Of a DNA stretch of 64,000 nt, positions 27,794 through 40,043 are shown piece by piece. The notes under the pieces were generated by a model. It was not told where the DNA came from. It searched no databases and worked only from the letters and a program-made list of their open reading frames with translations. This DNA is from Hormiphora californensis (Eukaryota; Animalia; Ctenophora), in NCBI GenBank assembly GCA_020137815.1, contig CM035357.1, positions 1,736,001-1,800,000 of the forward strand, read 5' to 3'. The position numbers were made by a program, and so were the translations under genes. Numbering within the stretch: the stretch's first letter is position 1; every line of letters begins with the position of its first letter.

Positions 27794-28158
27794 TGCACCG
27801 GTGGAAGGTGAGACTACAGAGGAAAGAGGGAGTGTTATGGACGGCAATATCGGGGAGGGGGGTATGGGGGGGGGGGTGAGTTGGTTACGAAGTCACCCAT
27901 TTACTCTAACAGGGGCGTCTTGCACGTGGAGGGGTAATTTCATTACCAAGGGGGTGAGAGACAGTAACTCGGAAGGAAAACAAAGAAATTAAACAATTTT
28001 AATAAAGTAAAATAAAGTATACAGTTTGAATATTGAATTAAGTTAGGTATAATAAACAATTTGAATAAAATATAAAAGTATTGATTATATCAGTAATTCA
28101 GTTTACAGTTTACCGTTACACTGCAAAGTGCAAAATCATGGACCCTTGTAAGCCTCTA

Positions 28159-29253
28159 TTACACACGCTTTATATAACAGCACACAATTAAAGTCACAAA
28201 CAGCAACAAAATTATCACCATCTTAAAAAATGCTCTACAATCATTTTTATGACTACGATAGTCCTTGGCAAATATTAGGCGTGAACACATGACACACACA
28301 ATTTTCCTCAATTGACATTTAGATTGAAGGTGGTTTGGTAGACGGAAGGCTGGCATCGTTGCTTGACAGTTAGGACAGTTTACAGGACGAAGATCACAAA
28401 GCAGCTCGTGATCACCGACTGGTTTCTCCATTTTCTTACAATATCGGCAATTGTCCTTTCGTCGGGGGCACACCTTATTGTTATGGTGTACCAATTCGTC
28501 CCTTGGCACAAAATCCCCACATAAATAGCAGAGCACGGGAGGTTTTGGGCAATATTGTCGGCGGTGGCTCTTTAGTTTATCACGCACTATATATTGGAAG
28601 CAATCAACACATCTTACCGACCGTTTAGGGCATCTTTTAGTTTCGTGGGAATGGATGTAGTCGGCTTTGACCTCTGCATAACAAAACTTACATTTAACCA
28701 ATCTTTTTCGACATCGTTGTTGGTGAAATGGAATCTCAAAAGCTTGGTAAGATGACCCACAGTACCTGCACCTGACTGGTTTAATTTGGCATGCCCCCTC
28801 GTGTGACCGAACCGAATTAACCTGAAGCTCCAATCCACAGTGCTTACATTTGGGCAGTCTTTCCGGACACGAATACTCGTGCGTTTTAATAGTCCCGACT
28901 GTGACAAGTTCATTGCAAAAGTCACATTCAACCGGTCTTTTTTGGCAGGATTCCATGTGGGATTGAAGATTCTTTCTTGGCATTTGTCCCACACAAAAGA
29001 TACAGTCTACTAGTATCTCTGGACAGTAGACGTCAGCATGATTCTTCAGATCTTCCAAACTTGGAGCTTTGAATTCGGAGCCACAAAAACTGCATGTGAC
29101 TATTTTATCTGGACAGTTCTGTTCGTGAGATTGAATTGCACCAGCTTGATAGTGATTTCCACAGTGTCTGCAACCTACAGCTGGCCTCCTCCGAACCTCG
29201 TGTGATCCAGACAGATTAGAAGGTTGAAATAGTTCGACATCGACAGGATGCAT
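28159..29253 (-). CDS. RING-less TRAF zinc finger repeat protein with C-terminal TM (member F)
   Basis: 364-aa ORF with finger repeats throughout, ending FFKMVIILLLFVTLIVCCYIKRV. Confidence 0.82.
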   Translation of the reverse strand: MHPVDVELFQPSNLSGSHEVRRRPAVGCRHCGNHYQAGAIQSHEQNCPDKIVTCSFCGSEFKAPSLEDLKNHADVYCPEILVDCIFCVGQMPRKNLQSHMESCQKRPVECDFCNELVTVGTIKTHEYSCPERLPKCKHCGLELQVNSVRSHEGACQIKPVRCRYCGSSYQAFEIPFHQQRCRKRLVKCKFCYAEVKADYIHSHETKRCPKRSVRCVDCFQYIVRDKLKSHRRQYCPKPPVLCYLCGDFVPRDELVHHNNKVCPRRKDNCRYCKKMEKPVGDHELLCDLRPVNCPNCQATMPAFRLPNHLQSKCQLRKIVCVMCSRLIFAKDYRSHKNDCRAFFKMVIILLLFVTLIVCCYIKRV

Positions 29254-29565
29254 TTGCTAAGGAGAGAGTTGTATTGTTAGTTTCAATCTGATCAAACACT
29301 AGGGGGAAGTGGAAATGGTTTGAGAAGAATAAAGCAATGTTTCAAAAGGGAATTAATTACGACACATTCAGTTTTTGACAATTCATACGCATTTTAGGGG
29401 TATGTGTAATCCCGGATAACCTGAATGGCTTGGATAGCCCAGATAAGTAGCTATTATTTTCAGGATAGCTATTCCTGTTTATTACTCCTAGATTATACGG
29501 GCTATCCGAACTATCAGGATTATCTAATATGAAACATACGCGGATAAAGACTTTTTTATTAAATA

Positions 29566-29782
29566 TCTGTCTGGTTTCATTATTCACACCAATGGTGTTG
29601 GCGGGTGTGACATGACATCGAAGACGCTCATTTTGAAAGTTTGAAAATTTCATCAACTACAACGTAAAACTATTTATTGAGCATTATTGATAATGGCCGT
29701 ACAGCCGAAACGTCTAAATGAGCGTCGTCGATGTCATGTCACACCCGCCAACACCATTGGTGTGAATAATGAAACCAGACAG
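29566..29782. mobile_element. Palindromic MITE-like element (inverted arms of about 55 bp)
   Basis: tctgtctggtttcattattcacaccaatggtgttggcgggtgtgacatgacatcga and its reverse complement. Confidence 0.75.
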
Positions 29783-29843
29783 ATACACTACCCCACCAGC
29801 CTCCACCATCTCATCCAAACTTTTTTGTTTGTTCATAAAAGAA

Positions 29844-30806
29844 TTAATCTTCTTCACTTGAAGAACATGGCATGGGTTTAGGCAGCTCAGGCGGCTCAGG
29901 GGCACAATTATTTGTCTCCCAGTGATTTTTCAAATCATTACAAGTAACTGACTGACCACAGTGACAACAATCAACAGTCTTATCAGGGCATTGCAACTCA
30001 TGATTAGCATGAAGTTCTTGATACACCTCTCGCTTACAGTGCTGACACGTAACTAGCCTTTTAGGACAATCATTTAGCATGTGGAGATATCTATCTTTTA
30101 CTTTGATTCTACATTTACACACGTAACAATTAGTAAGTCTATGATCGCATTTATTATTTTGATGAGCACGCCGTTTTGTTTTTTGAGTATACCCCTTAGG
30201 ACACCAATCGCAGTAGTAATATTTAAAACATTCATGTAACAAATGGAATTGATAGTTTACACTCAACACACTCCCTCCACACTTTGAACAATTTGTTCTA
30301 AGTTTAGGACAATCACTATCTTTGTGAGCCTTAAGAACATTGAAGCGTAATTCAATCTGACACAAATCACAGTTAACTAATCTTTTTTCACAAAATTTTT
30401 CTTGATGATCTTTAAAAAAACACCTAATTAAAGACTGCTGGCAGTTAGGGCAACTTATCGACCTTTTTGGGCAAAAATCAACTTTATGTAGGTCAAGTTC
30501 GTCCCAAGTAACTTCCAACGAACAAAGATCACATTTAACGGGTCGCTTTTCACAAAACTTTTTGGTGTGACATGTCAAATCAGTTCTGGGAACGGTCAGA
30601 CTACAGAGCGAACATGAAACTTTCAGGTTTTTTATAATTCTCCTAATCGGAGCAGATGTGTAGGTTGTAACACGTTTATATCGACAGTTTGGGCATCTGG
30701 AATAGTTAAGGATACATCCTTCACAGTAGAGTTGGTGGCAGCAGTTGGTAGCGACTGCATCCCTGCAGACATCCAGACAAATAGTACAGTTAAACTCATC
30801 CGACAT
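29844..30806 (-). CDS. RING + TRAF zinc finger protein (member G), no TM
   Basis: Intact 320-aa ORF MSDEFNCTICLDVCRDAV...; Pro-rich/acidic tail. Confidence 0.85.
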   Translation of the reverse strand: MSDEFNCTICLDVCRDAVATNCCHQLYCEGCILNYSRCPNCRYKRVTTYTSAPIRRIIKNLKVSCSLCSLTVPRTDLTCHTKKFCEKRPVKCDLCSLEVTWDELDLHKVDFCPKRSISCPNCQQSLIRCFFKDHQEKFCEKRLVNCDLCQIELRFNVLKAHKDSDCPKLRTNCSKCGGSVLSVNYQFHLLHECFKYYYCDWCPKGYTQKTKRRAHQNNKCDHRLTNCYVCKCRIKVKDRYLHMLNDCPKRLVTCQHCKREVYQELHANHELQCPDKTVDCCHCGQSVTCNDLKNHWETNNCAPEPPELPKPMPCSSSEED

Positions 30807-31178
30807 TGTACTAGATAAGATGGGAAAATGTTATGGACAGGACTGACAGATAGACGTTATAACTACAGACAAGTTCAACAAAAACAAAGAAATCGAAGAA
30901 ATTGAATAATGTACACTGAGTTTATAATATAATTAGACTGTCTTATTACCATCCACTTTTTCAACTACTCACCCCAAACTCGTGCATGTGTGATATTGTG
31001 GCGTGCACCACACGTTAACTTTTTATGTTCTAACCCTGTTTTACATTTACAGGGCGCGTGAAACAGAGTCTAGCTAGGCAAACGTTACCATGCGATAAGT
31101 ACATAAAACAATTCTGCGCAAGAAAAATAAGGAGGGGTGAACAGTTGAAAAAAGGGCTCATCAATACAATCAATAATT

Positions 31179-33146
31179 TTATTGCACAGCGTGAGAATTA
31201 TACACAAACCAGGCCCAATAAAACAAAATGGCTATGATCGCAGCACTCAAAACACCGGGAAAAACTATACATTTCAGTTCATGCGTAGAAAAATCTTTAG
31301 CATAAATGGATGCTGAACATTTGCCACATACTATTAACCTCAGTTTACAGTCAGATTCAAGGTGTTCAGTTAGAAGAGAAGAACGCATTCTTTTGGAACA
31401 ATTGTTCGGACATGCAGTGTAACACTTTAGAGTGTGTTCAACGGGAACATTTTTAACACAGGCTCTGCAATAAGCCCATTCGATTTCGGGACAGTCTTCC
31501 ATCTCGTGTTCTTGCAATCTGCAAAGTGGTACCAGCGCTCGACATCTACCACAGTTTGTACGCAACTCCATCAATTCTTCGCGTTCTGGTGAATAATGTT
31601 TGAAGAAGCACATCTTGTCTTCGTGCATAGCGAGATTAGCGACCGTATGCTCTTCACCACAATACCTACATTGGGCGAGTCTTTTCGGACATTTCTCTTG
31701 GTGGAAGAGAACTGAACGAGCTTGGTGAAATGCTCCACAGTGTATGCACCGTACTGGTCTCATTTGGCATACCCTCTCGTGTAAGTCAACATATCCAACT
31801 TGGACCTCTACCTCACAGTGCTCACAACTAACCAGCCTTTGTTGACAAGAATATTCGTGTGATTGAATATTCTCAAATGTGAAAAGGTCACAACAATAGT
31901 CACATTCTATAACTCTCCCTGTACATTGTCTTTCGAGGTGATGGTCAAGTTCCTCAAATATTAGAAAATTATATTGTTCGCCACAATCGCTACATGTAAC
32001 CAGTTTTTCCGGACATCGGTTTAGATGAAGCGAATCAGCTGGATAAGATATCCCACAGTTTTTACATCTAACTGGCCTCTTTAGACAAAATTCTGTGTGT
32101 GAATCAACAGATTTAGCTGCAAAAAGTTCCTCACAATGATCACACTGAACCTGTCTCTCCGGGCAGGAATTCTTCAAATGACCATTCAACTGGCAGTAGT
32201 GGAGTTCTTCTGAGCATAGCTCGCAGTTCACAAAGCGCATCGGACAGCGACTCTCAATGTGACTTGAAAGGTTCTTGAAAGTCAAGTTTCCCTTGCACTG
32301 ACTACAGCGCACTGTTCGTTGGGGACAATAGTTTCGATTGTGCTCCTCTGTATTGCCAAAACGGATCTTTTTCTTGCATTTCCGACATACCAAAAGCCGG
32401 TTTGAGCACTCCATTTCTTTGTGACGAGGAAGATAAGAGTGCTGCATAGTTGTAGAGCAAGCATTACAGTTGACCAGTCTGCCTGAGCAGGAAGTTTCCA
32501 CGTGATGTTCCAGGGTATTCCAGGCCATATCACTGCTACACAGATTACATCTCACCACTCTCAGCTCACATAGCACTTCTCTATGGTGCGTAAGGGCGTC
32601 AAACGTCAACAATGTCGAACAGGCACTGCATTGTACCTGTCGTTTCTCACACCGTACCATTGTGTGTGACCGTAGACTGTCCCACTGTTGATTTACGTTA
32701 CACATCTGACAACGAACCACCCGCTTTTCACACTGTCTGGTTCGATGATCATTTAACTTGTCACGAGATAACGAAATGGAGCAGGCAGGGCAGCTTACCT
32801 GTCTCTTAGGACAGTCCTCGCTTTCGTGACTCTGTAAAGTGTCCCAGACGATTTGGGAGCGGCATAAGCCACAATTCACCACCCGCTTTTCACAGAACAC
32901 TTCGGTATGTCGAGTAATATCGGCTCTTGTGATTTGTCTGCCACAGAGTTCACAATTGATGGATAGATTCCCAATAATTCGCCTGACTGGAACCGATATG
33001 TAGGTTGAAACAGGACGGTGACGGCAGTTAGGACAGGAGGTACAGCGAGATACACATCCTTCACAGTAGAGTTGATGGCAGCAGTTGGTAGCGACCGCAT
33101 TTGAACAAATATCCAAACAGATTGTACAGTCGAATTGATCCGACAT
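31179..33146 (-). CDS. RING + about 20 TRAF-type fingers + C-terminal TM (member H)
   Basis: Intact 655-aa ORF ending IVFPGVLSAAIIAILFYWAWFVYNSHAVQ. Confidence 0.88.
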   Translation of the reverse strand: MSDQFDCTICLDICSNAVATNCCHQLYCEGCVSRCTSCPNCRHRPVSTYISVPVRRIIGNLSINCELCGRQITRADITRHTEVFCEKRVVNCGLCRSQIVWDTLQSHESEDCPKRQVSCPACSISLSRDKLNDHRTRQCEKRVVRCQMCNVNQQWDSLRSHTMVRCEKRQVQCSACSTLLTFDALTHHREVLCELRVVRCNLCSSDMAWNTLEHHVETSCSGRLVNCNACSTTMQHSYLPRHKEMECSNRLLVCRKCKKKIRFGNTEEHNRNYCPQRTVRCSQCKGNLTFKNLSSHIESRCPMRFVNCELCSEELHYCQLNGHLKNSCPERQVQCDHCEELFAAKSVDSHTEFCLKRPVRCKNCGISYPADSLHLNRCPEKLVTCSDCGEQYNFLIFEELDHHLERQCTGRVIECDYCCDLFTFENIQSHEYSCQQRLVSCEHCEVEVQVGYVDLHERVCQMRPVRCIHCGAFHQARSVLFHQEKCPKRLAQCRYCGEEHTVANLAMHEDKMCFFKHYSPEREELMELRTNCGRCRALVPLCRLQEHEMEDCPEIEWAYCRACVKNVPVEHTLKCYTACPNNCSKRMRSSLLTEHLESDCKLRLIVCGKCSASIYAKDFSTHELKCIVFPGVLSAAIIAILFYWAWFVYNSHAVQ

Positions 33147-33463
33147 TGGCGAAAAACATTAACTAAGGAAAAAGAAAGGATTGTTAGTATTGTCAGGAAT
33201 TTTAGCAGTTTATTGTCGTGCTCGGGACTGAAAACTCTTCAAATTGTTAATTTATTTCCAGTACCAACATATCTCGTGTTTACCTTGTCTATTCTTCAAA
33301 TTGTGTTTGCACACCAAGGTAGAAGACAAACCAACTCGATCAAAATAGGATAATCAATTGATAGACTACGTCTTTAACAAGATAGACAACGATATAATGG
33401 TACTAAATCAAATAAATTGACAGAAGCTTTCGAGATCACTGTGTATCACGTCTTCAGCTATGA

Positions 33464-34408
33464 CTACGTCTTGTTAATTTGTTCACAATAAGACTCCCAA
33501 TGATTGCTAAGGTCCTTCCAAATCACTGAATCACCGCAGTGGCAACAATTCACTGACTGATCCAAACATTGCAACTCGTGCTTTCCACGGACATCTTCCG
33601 TTATAATGAATCCACAATACCTACACTTGACCAATCTCTTAGGACAATCAGTTAGCTTGTGTCGAGATTCACGGCGGTACGACATTTCAAGACCACACAA
33701 ATCACATTCTACTTTTCTTTTTCGGCAATCATTTTCATGAGCTTGCCTATGTTTTCGTTTTCTGCATCCTTTTGAGCACCACTTACATCTAAACCGTGGT
33801 TGAGTACACCCCCACTTCCGGTTCTTGTGGTTGTTGTAGTCTTCGTATGAAAGAAAACCGCTGCATCGATGACACCGAATCATTCTTTTTGGACAACTGT
33901 CTGTATAATGCAACTGGAGAGCGTCCCAAGGCATTGCAACCCCATTATCACACGAGTTACAACTGGCCAGCCGCTTTCTACAAGAGTCCTTCTTATGCCC
34001 CTCAAGATCCCGACTTGTAATTTGATCAGAGCAGTCTGGACAGGACACCAATCTCATTGGACACGTATCTGTTTTGTGACACCCTAGTGTATCCCAAATA
34101 ATTTCACAGTTACACAGGTCACAGTTGACAGGTCGCTTCTCACAAGAGATCTCAACATGTCGACCTAAATCGGACCTAGAAACCTTATTGTTACAAAGTT
34201 GACAACTGATTTTCTGGTTACCGATAATACGCCGGATGGGGATGCTTTTGTAGAATCGAATGGGACGGTGTCTGCAGTTGGGGCACTGATTTCTCTGTGC
34301 TATACACTGGGTGAGACATCCCTCACAGTAGAGTTGGTGGCAGCAGTCGGTAGCGACTGCATCAGAGCAGATATCCAGACAGATTGTACAACTGATTTCA
34401 TCTGAAAT
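33464..34408 (-). CDS. RING + TRAF zinc finger member I; frame open, but the start codon reads ATT
   Basis: ISDEISCTICLDICSDAVATDCCHQLYC... runs in frame into ORF 33464-34057. There is no in-frame ATG before an upstream TAG. Confidence 0.7.
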   Translation of the reverse strand: MSDEISCTICLDICSDAVATDCCHQLYCEGCLTQCIAQRNQCPNCRHRPIRFYKSIPIRRIIGNQKISCQLCNNKVSRSDLGRHVEISCEKRPVNCDLCNCEIIWDTLGCHKTDTCPMRLVSCPDCSDQITSRDLEGHKKDSCRKRLASCNSCDNGVAMPWDALQLHYTDSCPKRMIRCHRCSGFLSYEDYNNHKNRKWGCTQPRFRCKWCSKGCRKRKHRQAHENDCRKRKVECDLCGLEMSYRRESRHKLTDCPKRLVKCRYCGFIITEDVRGKHELQCLDQSVNCCHCGDSVIWKDLSNHWESYCEQINKT

Positions 34409-36265
34409 TGATCCAAAAACAACACGTTTACAGGCAGAATATCCCGGTGACCTGTGTTTTCCTTCGAGAAAGAGGAGACACTAAAAGACAAACTGTGTTG
34501 TTATGCCAGTAAAATAACAATACCGTCGATCCCTAGGAAGAAAATAACTGCATCTCACGATTGAATAAATGTTATATCTAATCTAATTTAGGAGATGTTT
34601 GCTCCGTGATCGAAGTGCGACTATACTTTTCACTCTCGTGTATTTCAAATAGCAATGCGAGCACAATGAGTAGTAGTTTCCTAGGAAGAAAAACCTGCAT
34701 AGCCCGTGATTGAATAAATTGAATACATTTTACATTTGTAAATCATGACACAAAGTATAATTTATAATGGCTCAATATCATTATTGTCTTTAGCATCCTC
34801 TGGAAAAAAAACGAGAGATCTCGTTTCTATTCTACATTATCATAGCGCTGGCAAGCGCCCGGGGCCCAATCCTCCCTCCCCCCAACCATCCTTCCCTTAA
34901 AAATTTCCATTTTCCAAGCATTCTTGCTTCCAGTGAATGGAAAATCGAAATTGCGAAAAAAAAGTTTTGAATTTTTTGAAAATTTTGACAGCGCTACTAT
35001 ACTTATTGTCTGAAATCGGCAATTTCAACTTTGTTTTAGACAACCTTCCCGTTGTCCTAGGAACTTGCCACTTGGTAGTTCGTGTTGCCTTGACACCTAG
35101 AGCACACGTTCAAAATTTCATGCAAATCGGAGTTACGGTTTTTACGTTACAGAGGGTCGTATTTTAGACAAAATGTCCGTTTTTCGCGTCACGAACGACC
35201 GTAAAATAACCACTTTTTTGCGTAGTTAATAGAGGCCAGAGTTTTAAAGCTATCACCATGAAACTTTGGGAGTCGGTAGGTCTAGTGGTGTACCTTGTAT
35301 TAAAGCTTGGACAGAGAAAACGGACAGTCATAACAAAAGTTATGACTGTCTTAAGTTTTCTTTGGCGTCTAAGACAGCCTTCCCGTCGTTCTACGAATAC
35401 ACCGCTTGGTACGTAGTGTTGCCTTGACATCTTGAACACACGATCAAAATTTCAAGCAAATCCGAGTTACGGTTCTTCATTTACGGGCATCTGACTGTAT
35501 TAAGATGTAAGACGATTTTCAAAAAAACCCAGAAAAGAGCAAATTAAACTATAAATCATGATTTTATCATTTATATTTTGCCAAAGTAGGTCAACTGCTG
35601 TATTATCAGATATTTATTGGTAGTCATATCTTTTTAAAACACCTAAAATGAAGCGATTCAGAGTCGAAATTAACATTGAATCAGATTTATTTTATAAAAT
35701 TAAGTTTACTGCCGCATTTTCAGCTATAATTGGTAGTCATATCTAGGGTTATGACTGTCTTAAATTTAAGACGATTTTAAAAACCACCGAGAAAAGAGCA
35801 AATTAGCACCTATAGAACCTCATTGTATCAGATATATCTGATTATCAATTAGTCACGGATAATGATCACGGATAAGCATTGATAAGCGTGATCATTATTC
35901 GTGACTAATAATCATAATCATAGAATAATCGCGGAGAACCAATTGCAGATATCAATCGCTAACATCAATCGCTAATAACTAACCACGATATCATATCGCG
36001 AATAAGTAATATAATAGTAACCAATCGCGGATAGCTAATCGCGATAGCTGATCGCGATAACTTAAAACGGATTCGTGATTAGTTATCCGCGATTGGTTAT
36101 CCGCGATTACTATCATATTAGTTATTCGCAATTGATATCCGAGATTGGATACCTGTGATTATTATGAAGCTACCTACAATTGTAAAAGTCTGTAAATCCC
36201 GAATCCGTGTCTATTAAATTCAGGTAGTATTACAAAATGCATGTCATAGTATAACAAAATGCCTG

Positions 36266-36701
36266 ATACTAGATCCAAAAACCAAACAAGTTTGGTGGAT
36301 AGCCGGGGCCGCAGAAATTAAAAAACATGCGAAAGTTTTGATACATGAACTTTCGGGGCCTGGGGTGCTGTTAAATTCGCGTGATAGCCCGCCGTTCTTT
36401 CAAAACACACTATGATTCTGTAAAACAGACTTGAAACGAAACACTGTGTGCATTATACATGTGACATGTGTGGATCTGTATGTATGATAATGTGGAATAA
36501 AAAATATCGATAATTTGATCATTGCGATAGTCGATAGTTTTCCTGGCGTATAGTTTGAAAATGTTGCTGGTGATAATCATGGAAACGCGAATTTAACAGC
36601 ACCCCAGGCCCCGAAAGTTCATGTATCAAAACTTTCGCATGTTTTTTAATTTCTGCGGCCCCGGCTATCCACCAAACTTGTTTGGTTTTTGGATCTAGTA
36701 T
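36266..36701. mobile_element. MITE with perfect TIRs of about 115 bp
   Basis: atactagatccaaaaaccaaac...gttaaattcgcgt and its exact reverse complement at 36586-36701. Confidence 0.85.
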
Positions 36702-37989
36702 AGTCCAACATTTCTATAGTCTAACAATCAACATAGTTACTACACACACGTATAAATCATTACTGTTCAAAATTCAGTCCACAGGCCCGTGCTTACTGTT
36801 ACATCTGTCTGCGTGACTCGCACATTGGACCTCCTATGCTATGATTTAACTGGAGTATTGCTGCGGCACAACACTGAGAGCAGGGAAAAAACTGACTACA
36901 AGGCTCGTTCCTCTTCCGCTTAATTGGACATTCATAATACTCATGATCTTCCTGGTTGCAGTAGCGGATTCTTCTTCCACAGTGCTCACATTCCACCCAT
37001 CTCTCTGGACACCATTGGTGGTGTTCCGGTGGTTCAACTGAGATATCTACCCCACAGGTATCGCACACCGGTTTATCTATACATGACTTCATGTGTGATA
37101 CAAGACGACACGCTTCTATATATTCCGCACACCATTCACATTCTATCAGTCTTAAAGGTCCTCTGACTCGAAAAAACAACTTTGTCTAATCTAAATTGAT
37201 AGTATGTGAAAAATCATGAAGATTCCAGGTTATCTCACACTCTACGGATTCCTCCTTCCCCCTCTAATTAGGTGTTAAAAGGTTGCCCCCTTCCGAGCTG
37301 AGACAGCATATGAGATCTCTCCCCCTTTGTGTTTACACACAAAAATTGAGTACATTTACAAACAATGAGATTACTGACAAGTGTGATATCGTAATTTATC
37401 CATGATACATAAAAAGGAAATCTCAAAACACGTTTCTTCAACTTAGTGAATGATTTGTATTTAAATAAGTCATAAATCATCGCAGATGACAATAAACTGA
37501 ACACAATGTAAACTTTTACACATAAATACAAAGAGCCCCCTTTCCCATATCATGCATATGCTGTCTCAAGGGAGAGAAGTTCCACACCTGTCAACACCTG
37601 GGTGTGTCTCACCAAATTGACACCTCGAGTTTGGAAATTTTGTACAGGTCCGTAGACCACCTAAACATTGGCCAATTTTGTTAATTTTGGTACCAAACTG
37701 TCAGAAAATGTCTGAACTACTGAATTACTAAATATTATGATAATTATGCATCACTGAGCTGAATTATGATGCATAATATGCCAAAAAAAGCCTTTTTTTG
37801 GCGTTGACGTAACGACCGTAACGACCGTAACGCATTTTTGAACGATCATAGAATCGGTTGTAGTTATCGTACGAAGTTGAAACTGGTACTCAGCGGTAGC
37901 TGTGACTGAGTACTTTCTCCTGTCTGAATTCTGAAGCCTTAGTCCAAAAAGTATGGCCGTGGCTGCCTGAACATTCTGGAGATGTAACA

Positions 37990-38300
37990 TTTGTAACGAC
38001 CGTAACAGCAACCGTAACGTAACGGTCGTTACAAATGTAACGACCGAAACGTTACGGTCGTTACATTTGTAACGACCGTAACGTTACGGTCGTTACAAAA
38101 TACGGTCATTTTAGGTAACGACCGTAACATTACGGTGGTAAAACGTTACGGTCATTACAAATGTAACGACCGTTACGTTACAGTCGTTACATATGTAACG
38201 ACCGTTACGTTACGGTCGTTACGACCATTTTATGTGTAATTTTAAATAGAATACACTGTAACGACCGAAACGTTACGGTCGTTACCAATGTTACGGTCGC
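37990..38300. repeat. GTAACGACC direct/inverted minisatellite
   Basis: Many gtaacgacc/ggtcgttac units in alternating orientation. Confidence 0.85.
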
Positions 38301-38939
38301 TAATTAATTAATAATTAATCATAGCACTGGCAAGTGCCCCGGGCCCAAAAGGGGGGTGTGGGGGCACAGCCCCCACCATAAACGGGGGTGTGGGGGCAGA
38401 GCCCCCACCTTAGAAATACCCTCTAACTCAAAAAACAAAAGAGAGAGCACACGCAACACTTCTACACACAAGCGCGTGAAAACCTGCCAGTGCTACTATA
38501 TACCATTGCAGATTTCGGGGTTTTTGATGCTTTAAAAAAGCATGTTCCAGATGAAGTAGAGAGCTGAAATTTTGTACTCTGAGTGCCCTCATATAGGAGA
38601 AGAGGCATGCAAATTTTCAGAACGATCGGATGTAAGGTAAAAATTTGCCAGAGGGGTCCCAAAATGCAAAAATGTAAAGGAGGGGAGGGGGAGGGGGAGG
38701 GGGAGGACGCTTTTTTATCTTTGAGTGTTCTCCTAAACCACAAATAGTAGAGACTTGCCGTTTGGAACAGTGGTTCCTTACATCATTGCGCTCGGTAATA
38801 GCTGTGTGAGAACTTCGAAATCGCCATAGTTCATTAATTATTCATTAATTAGTCATTAAATATTCATTTTAACCATGGTTGCGATATGACACGACTCGAA
38901 GGTCATAAAGACTTGAAACCGGTCTTAGACGACGCGGAA

Positions 38940-39500
38940 CGGTCGATTTATGGGGGGTCTTACTCGGGACAAAAATCTCTATCTCGCACCGTTAAGCCGT
39001 TATTTGCATATTTATGCACCTATTCACCATTTTATGCATATTTTCAATACTTTCACTTCAGCTGGTCCTAGAACGTTTTCATGGACATATTTCGACGTAA
39101 AATAGTCGATTTATGGGGGGTCGTCCCCCGGACAAAAAGTCGTATCTCGCACCGTTTAGCCGTTATTTGCATATTTATGCACCGATTCATGATTTTATGC
39201 ATATTCTAAATATTTCCAGTTCGGCTGGTCTTAGAACGTTTTCATGGACATATTTCGACGCAAAATAATCGATTTATGGGGGGTCTTACTCGGGACAAAA
39301 ATCTCTATCTCGCACCGTTAAGCCGTTAGTTGCATATTTATGCACCGATTCATGATTTAATGCATATTCTTAATATGTCCACTTCGGCTGGTCCTAGAAC
39401 GTTTTCATGGACATATTCCGGCGCAAAATAGTCGATTTATGGGGGGTCGTCCCCCTAACAAAAAGTCGTATCTCTCACCGTTTAGTCGTTATTCGTATAT
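38940..39500. repeat. Tandem repeat of about 170 bp, x3+
   Basis: cgatttatggggg(g)tc...tatctcgcaccgtt...agaacgttttcatggacatat recurs at about 38944, 39107, 39270 and 39433. Confidence 0.85.
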
Positions 39501-39578
39501 TTATTAATTATTCAAATTCGAAAATATGCAGAAACCAGAAAAAAATAGCTTTTTCTATTTTACACCAAAAAGAACAGA

Positions 39579-39795
39579 AATTAAGTCCAAAAACCAATTA
39601 AATAAATTAGTTTGGATGCCCGGGCCCATGTGGTGTCACGGGGGTAACACCTTTAGGCTACTGTCATAAATGATGGATATCGGGAGAGATAAAGACAAAG
39701 GAAATTAGGATAGAAAGAGTGCGATATAATCAAGAAAGACGAAGAGATAAATAAGAGGAGAGAGAAAAAAAGAGAGGTATAGTGAAAGAAACAGT

Positions 39796-39867
<72 letters not shown>

Positions 39868-40043
39868 GTGTGCGAGAGAGAGACTGAGAGAGATAGATAG
39901 AGATAGACAGATTGAAGGATAACAATTAACAATTAACGAGATATGCCGTTAATTATGGCAGTAGCCTAAAGGTGTTACCCCCGTGACACCACATGGGCCC
40001 GGGCATCCAAACTAATTTATTTAATTGGTTTTTGGACTTAATT
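39579..40043. mobile_element. Inverted-repeat element (arms of about 85 bp) enclosing a GA microsatellite
   Basis: aattaagtccaaaaacc...cctttaggctactg and its reverse complement at 39959-40043. Confidence 0.75.
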
